64,000 nt of DNA from positions 495,566,001 to 495,630,000 of the forward strand of contig CM097882.1 in assembly GCA_044892505.1 (NCBI GenBank), written 5' to 3'. The notes beneath the pieces are model-generated. The model was given only the letters and a program-made list of their open reading frames with translations. It searched no databases and was not told the origin of the DNA. This stretch comes from Schmidtea nova. Its lineage: Eukaryota. This document shows, one piece after another, positions 25,339 to 34,100 of the stretch. A program made the position numbers and the translations under genes. Position 1 is the stretch's first letter. Each line of letters starts with the position of its first letter.

Positions 25339-25815
25339 TTATCCATCTCCGGTCATTTTTCCCCGATACGAAAATATAGATTTAATTTGCAAATTTGTGT
25401 GGATTCCCATGCTATTGGACGAGGCTTGCTGGAAGCGGATTCTCTCAGCTTCTCGAAGGGGTCGTATGGCTGTATTGAACTTGAACCCCAATTCCTTGAA
25501 GGTAGAGGCTGGAATGAACCCCCAATAAATGACACATCTCGGGAATCCACCTTTGTCCAACATCATGATGAACCAGGCGGCGTGCCATGATTCGAATTCC
25601 TCGTCTGGAATGATTGGCCAACTAGCGCATCCCCGGTACCAGACGTGGTGCCGTGGATGGTCCCATACTGTAAATGGACAGGCGGTTTCGAGCTCTCGGC
25701 GCCATGCCCACATTTTTTGATGGATTTGCTGTAAAATCTCGAAAGGAGCCGGCTTTAATGGGCTAACTCGGGCTCGTTCTTGTCGTTTTTTGATAGTGTA
25801 TCTATGCTTAGTCAT
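25339..25815 (-). CDS. LTR-encoded 158-aa Trp-rich protein of unknown function (copy 50342-50818)
   Basis: GC-rich ATG ORF set off by AT-rich spacers; same strand as all element genes. Confidence 0.5.
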   Translation of the reverse strand: MTKHRYTIKKRQERARVSPLKPAPFEILQQIHQKMWAWRRELETACPFTVWDHPRHHVWYRGCASWPIIPDEEFESWHAAWFIMMLDKGGFPRCVIYWGFIPASTFKELGFKFNTAIRPLREAERIRFQQASSNSMGIHTNLQIKSIFSYRGKMTGDG

Positions 25816-27345
25816 GATTCCAAAACGATGCTAAATTTTATAATAGTTACAATTTACATCAATAATTAATCATAGTAAATGTTATCTCTCATCGTGATAC
25901 CCTTATTATTTGCCTACCCCTTAGACCTTAACTGAAATCAAGGGAAAACTGTCGATCGTTACGGTATGCATTACTCTCGTATCTACTTGGATTTATCTGT
26001 TTACGATCAATTTTATAGTCGAAGAAATGGTGATTTGTCTGCTTGGATTTTCAAAATATTGATACCTCAAAACGGAAGCTCTCTCACGTCATGTATCCCT
26101 AGCTTATTCGAAAACGCTCTTGTGTACCAAATGCGGTCGACATAATTTTTCTAAGGTTTATTAGACGTTTATCAAACAGCTGTGCTGTGGTGAGGGTGAA
26201 AAATTGTGCCTCCTCCCGGTTAACAAATTCTTTCATATCTTTAGGCTTTATCAAAAAATTATCGTCCCCTCTGTAGCTAAAATGATCAGAAATTAATTCC
26301 CCGGATTTGTTGGGTGTCCCATGTGCAAGTCTCAACCACTACTAACAAAATTAAGCTTTACTATTTATTTACTTTACCGTGTGTGGAGCCCTCGAGCACC
26401 ACGCCACGGACGGACACCTTGGGAACCTAAAGCTCCCAACGGCGCAAGATTAATATGATAGTTTAAATAGTTTAAATATAACATAAATCATAATGAGATG
26501 AATAATATATTATAATATGATAATGACATATGAATACAACATCAAACAATGTACCAAAAATACCTCAATTGAATTCTGAAAATTTATTGATCAAAATCGG
26601 TCTAAACGGTGATCGTCGTCGGGGCAATGTGCAATCTAATGTGAATTTTTAGTTAACGTCTAAAATTCAGTCTACTAAAGTCTCACTCTAGTCAAATGTC
26701 TAGTCTACCAAAGTCTGATTTTTTGAAAAATCTGATCAGTATTTATACTGATCAGTCGTGTCTAGACTGACCAATCAGGTTTGGCCAGTTTCAGGGTGGT
26801 TTTTCATTATTGTTCTTGATTCTAATTAATTTTTATTTTTTAGATTGTATTCTTCCTCGGAGGTCCGGTTTTCAAAAACAATTATTCAATAACAAGTACT
26901 TTTATTTGGTTTTAATTATTATTATTTGTATTTTATTTGTTTTTAGATGTCTCCTGGGCCCGTTAATATCTATAAATTCATTTATTTTTATTTATAGCTT
27001 GTACTTAGTTATTCTATATTTTTACTATATTATTCCTTTCTTTTAATAAATAAATATTCCCCTTTTTACCCTATTTTTCTCTTTTTTGTTTTAATTAATC
27101 TACTTTTATTTCACTGTTCCCTCTATTTGGCTGGCCCAACATCACTCGGGGACCCCTAAAATTGCGTCCCGCAATTAATTATACATTTACACCTATATCA
27201 TCATACATAAAAATTAAGCAGATAAATGTCAATTTACATATACACAAAGAATCACGTAAGGTGATAGATTTTATACGTGAGCACAAAGTCATATTATTGT
27301 TAAATGTAAGTGGATCATACATAAAGTGAATGTAATATATCAGTT

Positions 27346-27918
27346 TTACACAAGCTCTTTGATTTCATGATTGGTATTGGATTGGATTGGGGTTCTTTTG
27401 CTGATTGTTCGTAGTTCGTAGTGGCTTTGGATTCGGTTTAGGTGTTTTCTCATTCGCTTTTGGGTTCTGATGTCTTGTATTGTTGTTCGATTCAGGATGA
27501 CATGTTTTTGTTTTAAGATCTTCACTCGGTATGATGTTATGAGGATTGTGATCGCGATAATGGTCACGCTGAGTGCAAGGATTATTATAATTGCGATGAT
27601 CCATTTTTCTTGATATTCTATCTCTGCTTGGGCTAAGCTTTTTATGGGTTCTCGACCTTCTTTTAGGGTTTTTCTGATTGTTTTCAATTTGATTCGATGT
27701 TCATATAGGACCTGTTGAAATTTTTCATCGTTTGGGTTGTCTGATGTTATCTGTTGAAGTTGGGTGATTTCTTGTGTTGCTTCGCTGATTAGTTTATCTA
27801 GTTCTTGATAGGTTTTCTCGGGTAGGGCTCGTAGCTCCTTCTCTGTGAGTTGAAGATCTTCTCTTTGTAGGGTGATTGTTATTAGGTATAGGAATATCGG
27901 TATTCTGAGCTTTTTCAT
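27346..27918 (-). CDS. Accessory 190-aa predicted membrane protein (signal-like N-terminus, coiled coil, TM)
   Basis: MKKLRIPIFLYLITITLQ hydrophobic start; WIIAIIIILALSVTIIAITILITSY TM followed by a basic tail. Confidence 0.75.
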   Translation of the reverse strand: MKKLRIPIFLYLITITLQREDLQLTEKELRALPEKTYQELDKLISEATQEITQLQQITSDNPNDEKFQQVLYEHRIKLKTIRKTLKEGREPIKSLAQAEIEYQEKWIIAIIIILALSVTIIAITILITSYRVKILKQKHVILNRTTIQDIRTQKRMRKHLNRIQSHYELRTISKRTPIQSNTNHEIKELV

Positions 27919-27999
27919 ACTGTTTTCTTTACAGATAGATCAATACAATTTGACACTACATTCATACAATTATTTACAAAAATATATTTTCCGCTTTAT

Positions 28000-29061
28000 T
28001 TACACAATCGTCTCGTTTGGTTCGTAGAAACCTTCGTCCTGAGGCTCTACTTGGTTCGTGGGGAGTGGTATCCAAACAACCCTGCTCCTCCACATTTCGA
28101 CTTCATCTCGATACATGTGAGATATCTGGATCTCCTCGTCCAGCAAATATTCTAGGTAATTTGCTTGTTCTGTTAATGTTTCTATTTGCTTCTCTAATTC
28201 GATTACTTTTGTCTTTTGTTCGTCTTCCTTCATCATTTTTGTTACGGCTGCCGTTATACTTGCTTCTTTGGGTATTACTGATACTGTTACTCGTTTCTGT
28301 TTCAATTCTTCGTTTTCTTTCATCAAATTCGTTAAATTTTCCTCATAACTTTGTTTCTCTTCCTTTAACCTTTCTCTGGTTCTTTTTAGCTCTATTTTCT
28401 TCTGGGTAATCACTCCTTGGTAACCATTTATATCTCTCTTCATCTCTTCTTCTTTCTGATTCCATATTCCGGTGAGCATAGATTTCAGTTGTTCTTGATT
28501 AGCTAGTTCTTCTCCCATTCTTTGAACTTGATAGGTTAGTCCTTTAATTTTCTTTGCTTGTTCGCGGATAAATTGCTGTCTTTTTGTATTCCATCTTTTA
28601 TTTAGCACTTCCTGGTTGATTTTTTGCTCTAATTCGTCTTTTAGTTCATCGATCTCTTTATATAATTTCCAGTCATCACTATAAGCTGTCCTTTCTATTA
28701 TTTCTCTAGCTTTTTCATAAGATTCTTTCGCTTCTTTCTTCCAGTATCTTGCTTGTTCTGTAATCGAATACATCTTGTGTTCAGCTTCCATCTGCTGTCT
28801 GTCTCTTTCCTCTCGTCGCTCTTTCATCATTCTCTGGTAATATTCCTTTTGTTGTTGTAGCATTTTGTATACTTCTTCTACTTTTTCTCGACTTCTTTGA
28901 TTTGATCTTTCAGTTTCTTTTAATAATTCGGCTTGTCTTTCTACCTCTTCTTGCTTTCTATAATATGCATTGACCAATATTTCTATTTGTTCTAGATGAT
29001 CGCTAATCGCTTCTGCTTGATGCGTCGTAATTTCCTGTAAGCATACCTCGATATTTCCCAT
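28000..29061 (-). CDS. Accessory 353-aa long coiled-coil protein
   Basis: E/K/Q/R-rich heptad sequence over nearly the whole length; ATG preceded by TTATAG. Confidence 0.8.
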   Translation of the reverse strand: MGNIEVCLQEITTHQAEAISDHLEQIEILVNAYYRKQEEVERQAELLKETERSNQRSREKVEEVYKMLQQQKEYYQRMMKERREERDRQQMEAEHKMYSITEQARYWKKEAKESYEKAREIIERTAYSDDWKLYKEIDELKDELEQKINQEVLNKRWNTKRQQFIREQAKKIKGLTYQVQRMGEELANQEQLKSMLTGIWNQKEEEMKRDINGYQGVITQKKIELKRTRERLKEEKQSYEENLTNLMKENEELKQKRVTVSVIPKEASITAAVTKMMKEDEQKTKVIELEKQIETLTEQANYLEYLLDEEIQISHMYRDEVEMWRSRVVWIPLPTNQVEPQDEGFYEPNETIV

Positions 29062-29174
29062 TGCTATAATTACAGAAAAAAAATTTTAATCGGTTTATAT
29101 ATCAGTTATTTTTGTTTATATAATAATTTTTGGGTAATTAACTGTACATATTATTTACATGATCACTTTCCTTG

Positions 29175-30557
29175 TTACGTCAACCATCCTTTTCTATCCG
29201 CTTTCTCATTCCTTTCCATTTCTATGTATAGGGTGTCTGCATATAATCGTTCCCATAGGCTTTCTTTCGTTATAAACATCGGTTCTCCCGCTGCTAATCC
29301 ACATTCTGTGGTTGGTTTCTCGCTTGTACTCGCATGTTTCTCTGTCTCAAAGAATTTTTCCACTGGTTTTGTTACACTTCTGATTCTTACAATGACTCCT
29401 ACTTTCAAGGGCCATTCTACTAGGTCGTCGTATTCTCCTTTACATAGCGAGAAAAATATTGACACATGTGTTCCTCGTCCTCTTCCGTCTCCATTTGGGT
29501 ATAGCTTCAATCTCACTTTAGCTCCGTTTCTCCATAAATAAAATGGTGGGCTTATTACTGCTGTTTTCGTCATATTTCTGGCCTCTGTTAATTTGTTTCT
29601 AAAATCTGTCACTTTCCACACATATGGTGCGATTGGTAACTTTTCCTCGGTATCCTGGGTGAGTTTGTTGTACTGGATTTTCATTCCTTTAGCCAGTTCT
29701 TCGATAGCTTTTATCTTTTCCTCCATCTTTTCTCGTGTTAGTTCGAATTGCTCTCTGGTTTCCAACAGTAGGTTTACCATTATCTTGTGTGACTCTATTT
29801 CTCTTTCTAATTTTTTGATTGTTTGTTCGGTTTCCTTTGTTGCTTCGTTTGTCATTTCCGCATGCTTTAGCAATGCTTCCTCCAGATGTTGTTTCATGGT
29901 TTTTTGCGTTCTTTTCTCCATACATCCCTGTTTGTTATAAGGGCATTCCCTTGGTTTCTCCGTGCACACTTTCCAATGTTCTTGTAATTTTACTTCTACC
30001 GTTATCTCGCATTCGTTTGAACATATTCCTACATATTGTCTACATACTTTCTCCTCTTTTATATTCAGGTGTTCTTCTTCGATCTTTCTCCTCGTTTCTC
30101 GAGTTCCACAATATTCGCATAGACTTTCCTCTTCTTTACATTCATCTTTGTGCTGCTCTTTATTCTTTATAGTTATTTTTTGTTGGCATTTGTTACATTC
30201 AGTTCTCTTCTCTTCGCAGTTCTCCAGATGGTTCTCGAGATCGCGTATTTGTCCTTGCCATATACATGGTTGATTTATACATTCGGTTTTCGTGTTCATG
30301 ATTTCTCTCTGAGTTGCTCTATCTGGTCCGGTTTCTTCGAATTTTATTTGTCCTTCTTTGCATTCTGGACATTCTGGTGGTCTTTTCCTACTTAACTCGT
30401 GTATGCATTTGGTACATACTCTGCATCCGCATAAGGTTTGTCTTGGTTTCAATATTATGTTTTTACAATTTACACAAGTGAGTCTCTGACTCCATTTCCT
30501 GTTCTCGGCTCTCAAAATTTCGATTATCCGCTCTTCGGCTTTTCCTTCTGTATTCAT
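29175..30557 (-). CDS. Intronless TRAF2-like protein (RING, TRAF zinc fingers, coiled coil, MATH)
   Basis: RING CVNC..CGCRVC..C..CPEC; DRATQREI; CIWQG; MATH WKVTDF..SPPFY..LYPNGDGRGRGTHVSIFF..WP. Confidence 0.93.
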   Translation of the reverse strand: MNTEGKAEERIIEILRAENRKWSQRLTCVNCKNIILKPRQTLCGCRVCTKCIHELSRKRPPECPECKEGQIKFEETGPDRATQREIMNTKTECINQPCIWQGQIRDLENHLENCEEKRTECNKCQQKITIKNKEQHKDECKEEESLCEYCGTRETRRKIEEEHLNIKEEKVCRQYVGICSNECEITVEVKLQEHWKVCTEKPRECPYNKQGCMEKRTQKTMKQHLEEALLKHAEMTNEATKETEQTIKKLEREIESHKIMVNLLLETREQFELTREKMEEKIKAIEELAKGMKIQYNKLTQDTEEKLPIAPYVWKVTDFRNKLTEARNMTKTAVISPPFYLWRNGAKVRLKLYPNGDGRGRGTHVSIFFSLCKGEYDDLVEWPLKVGVIVRIRSVTKPVEKFFETEKHASTSEKPTTECGLAAGEPMFITKESLWERLYADTLYIEMERNEKADRKGWLT

Positions 30558-30648
30558 TCTACAATGATATATACACTTGATTTGTTATCTATTTTTTGAT
30601 TTTTCTTGTTTTTGTTTTTACATATTTACAATTTTTCGCTTTATTTAT

Positions 30649-31005
30649 CTACGGCTCGTTTGTTGAATCTGGTTCTGGGTCATTTTCCGATCTGTTTATT
30701 GCCCAATTTGTCCATCCATCCTCTGCTTCTTCTGTCTCTCCCATTGTTAAACGGTCTATCTCTATTGCTTGTCTCTGATTTATGTCGCTCATCACTTGAT
30801 TCTCTCTGGTAAGTTGCGTTATCAATCTCTGTTGCTCCTCGATTCTGTGGAGTTGTTCAAAACTATTATTATAACTTTCGGATAACAAATTCTGTTTCTC
30901 AATTAACTGATTTTGTAGTGAGTTGATTGTTCGTATTAACATGTCACACTGGGCTTTCCATCGCATAGCCATAGTAGTTTCTGCTATTTCTTCCTGTTCG
31001 TTCAT
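30649..31005 (-). CDS. Accessory 118-aa coiled-coil protein
   Basis: ATG ORF between the pol stop and TRAF; Q/E-rich heptads. Confidence 0.65.
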   Translation of the reverse strand: MNEQEEIAETTMAMRWKAQCDMLIRTINSLQNQLIEKQNLLSESYNNSFEQLHRIEEQQRLITQLTRENQVMSDINQRQAIEIDRLTMGETEEAEDGWTNWAINRSENDPEPDSTNEP

Positions 31006-31130
31006 TTTCTAAATTATATACATTAATCGTTTTCTCGATTTCTCTTTTTATATTTTTATAATATCGATACCCATACTATTACGGTAATGCATTGTTATTT
31101 ACACTATTATTTACAGTCATATCCCGCCTC

Positions 31131-34100
31131 CTATATCACCATCACTGTCTTTCCTTCGTATCGCTCTTCATCTTCTATTTGTCTCCAAAATTCTTTACCT
31201 TTCGTCCTCCTTTGGAATTCTTTATGTACTTCTTCCGGTAATTCTATACTGTAGTTCATAATCTTTATATCTGGCCAATGTGTTATTGGTTTCTTGTTGA
31301 ATACATCATATATCCATATTATTAATAATACTGTTATTACTGGAATAGTTGCTGCTAGTATTCCTAGACCAATTAGTTCTCTAACTTGTTTGTTTACGTC
31401 CATCTTCGTAATTTCACTCTGGTTAATCATTGGTCCGTATTGTCCCTTTAGTTTATTTAGTAGTTGTTCTCGTTCTTGTTGTTTTCTTTTAACTTCTTTA
31501 ATTACTTCTTCCGGCGTCCATCTTGCGTAAGGGTCTATTACTACTTGTTCCGCGTCCATTTGTTTCGTTGTCTGACTTAATTCTTTAAATTCGAGTTTTC
31601 TCACTTTCCCTTTGGACGTTGAGTTTACCGGTGTGTAGTACGTTTCGCATCTTTCCTGCTGATTTCCCAATATGTCCGTCTTTTCTATCGCACATATCTC
31701 GTATTCGCTATTGAATTTCAGGTTCCTGATACTTATTTCCTCTTTTCCTTTCACGTTTCCACAGTCTCGTGGCTGTCTTTCCCTTTGTTTCTGAACTATT
31801 ACCCAACATATTTCTAACGTTTTATTGTCTATTCTCCATAGTATAAGAGTTGCTGTAGTATTCTTTTCGGTTTTTATTTGTATTTCTTGGTTTTTCTGTT
31901 GTCCATTAGGTTTAAAAGTAGTGGTATACCTCGCTTTTCCTTTGTTCCGTTGTCTTCTGCTTTTTCGCGTTGTCTTTCCAATTCTTGTTCTGGTGGGTGT
32001 TTTATATAATTTGCATTCCAATTCACTTACTGTTATTTTGTCGCTTTTCCTGATCAGGCATATTTCGTACGTTTGATTGCTTTCTAATCCTTCGATCTGT
32101 ATTGTGGTTGTTCCTCTGTTTGTTCGACATTGCGGCGGTGTATTCTGGTTTGTTTTCTTTTCCTGCTTCTTCCAGCATACGCCTTTGACGTCCGGTTCTA
32201 TTCCGGTTAACTCTAACATTATAGTTGTTCTCCGTTTGGTGCGTATATTTTTTCTTCTTCTTCTTATGAACTTTATTGTTTCCCCAGGTTGAAATGTTTT
32301 ACAAATTGTCGTTCCTTTCTTGTGTCTTTCTTTTTCTAGTAAACATAGTTCATACGTCCTGTCTGCTTTTACTTCTGATATCTTGGTTACTTTATTTGTT
32401 TTCCTTTTCCGACTCGTCTTTATTTCGCTTACGCCAATTTCTTCGTTGTTTCTGGCCCAACACTTTGGGTTGGTATTTTGGGTGTCGTTCATCTCTGTTA
32501 CTGCCATTGTGTCAATGTCTATCCCTTCTTCTAACCGTTTTAACATTGTTAATATGAGTGCTAAACACAGTAATTCTGTTTGGTAGGTCACTCTTTCGGT
32601 CTCGTTTGTGGTTACTCTTGCTTCGGGCCTGTCTATGGTAATTCGTATAGTTGGCGTTGTTCGTCTGTCTATTGTCTGGGGTTTCTTGTTTTTTGTTCCT
32701 TGTGTCTCTGTTCTTCCACACTTTCCTACGACATAGTCTCCTTTGGATGACTGCTGTACTGTTATGGTTACTTTGGGCGTTAGGTAGTTTGCACATGCGA
32801 TTGTGTTGTGTGATCTTGGATTCTTTTGTTTTCTGATGGTGCATATTTTGTACCAAGTATCTAGCTCTAAGTCATCGATCTCTATGATTTCTTGTTCGTA
32901 TTCTGAGATCTTGCAATCCATTGGACTATTTTGTCCCGATATTTTGTCCTTTTTTGACCAACATACTCGTTCGATTCCTTTTGCGTTTCCAATTTGTATT
33001 GTCGCTCTTTCCTCACATATCATTCCTTGAGTTGGACTAATTAAGGTCATGATTACCGTTAGTAATAATAGTTCTGGTTTAAAGAATGGGTTTATTGTTT
33101 GTTTGTAGCTTGTTCTTTTTGCTTCGTTTTTATTTTTATAGTTGTTGTTTCTTTGTTTCCCAAATTCATTTTTCTTATCATTTTTCTCTGTGTCCCTTCC
33201 TTTCTCTTCACTGTCCTCTTCATCTGATAACTCATGATCCTCTGGATTTTCTCGAGTACTATCGTCGTCGTTTCCTGTATTGTCGCCTCCCCTTTGGTCG
33301 TTGAAAATGTCGTCCTCGACATTAATTGCTTCTATCATTTTTTCATACGTTATGGTTGTGAGTATACTTGCTTCATATTCTTGTGTTACTGCCTGCTTAG
33401 GTATTTCCTTATCGGTTAATTTACAATCTAGAATCTCTTTCTTGGCTTTTATCCAATTATTAAGGTACGTTTTCATTAGTTCTTTCCATTTGTCCGTACG
33501 TTCTGTTTCCTTTGGGTTGTTTGTGAATCGCAAATCTTTTCTTCTCATGAAGATTTCTATTATCTTTGGCCATTTGTTTATTATTAATGCACACTTTATA
33601 TATAAATTTTGGCCTTGTTCCATGAACTCGTTGATCCTAAATGCTGGTTCATTGGTGTTTGGGTTCATCCAATTGAGTATTGCTTCGGTTAGTTCAGCGT
33701 TATGCATCATGGAATGTACGCTAGCTTTTTTAACTGTCCTTGTAAGGTATTCTATTTCCTCCTGATTTGTGATTGTTTTTATGAAATTTATCACCTCCCA
33801 ATTGTGCGCTAATAACGCTACGTCTAGTATTGAGCTGTCTTTGTTAGTTCTTCCCATGAGTCCTGCACCTGCTTCGTACAGTTCCTGTAACACTCGGGTT
33901 TTTGTGTTCGCTCTTGCTGCAAATATCATGAGGGTATCTCCCTTTTTATCTTTCATGTTCATGTCACTTCCGCAATCTTGCATCAACCGTGCAATTTCGA
34001 CTACCCTCCTCTCTTTTCTTGCTCGTAAGGCTCTATGTATTGGCAATACTCCATTCTTTGTTAATAAGAAAGTCACTGGCATTTCTCTTTTTATGATCAT

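Larger units (their letters stand above)
23875..27141 (-). repeat. 3' LTR (3,267 bp)
   Basis: Matches 48878-52144; differences spotted only at 25276/50279 and 26723/51726. Confidence 0.97.
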
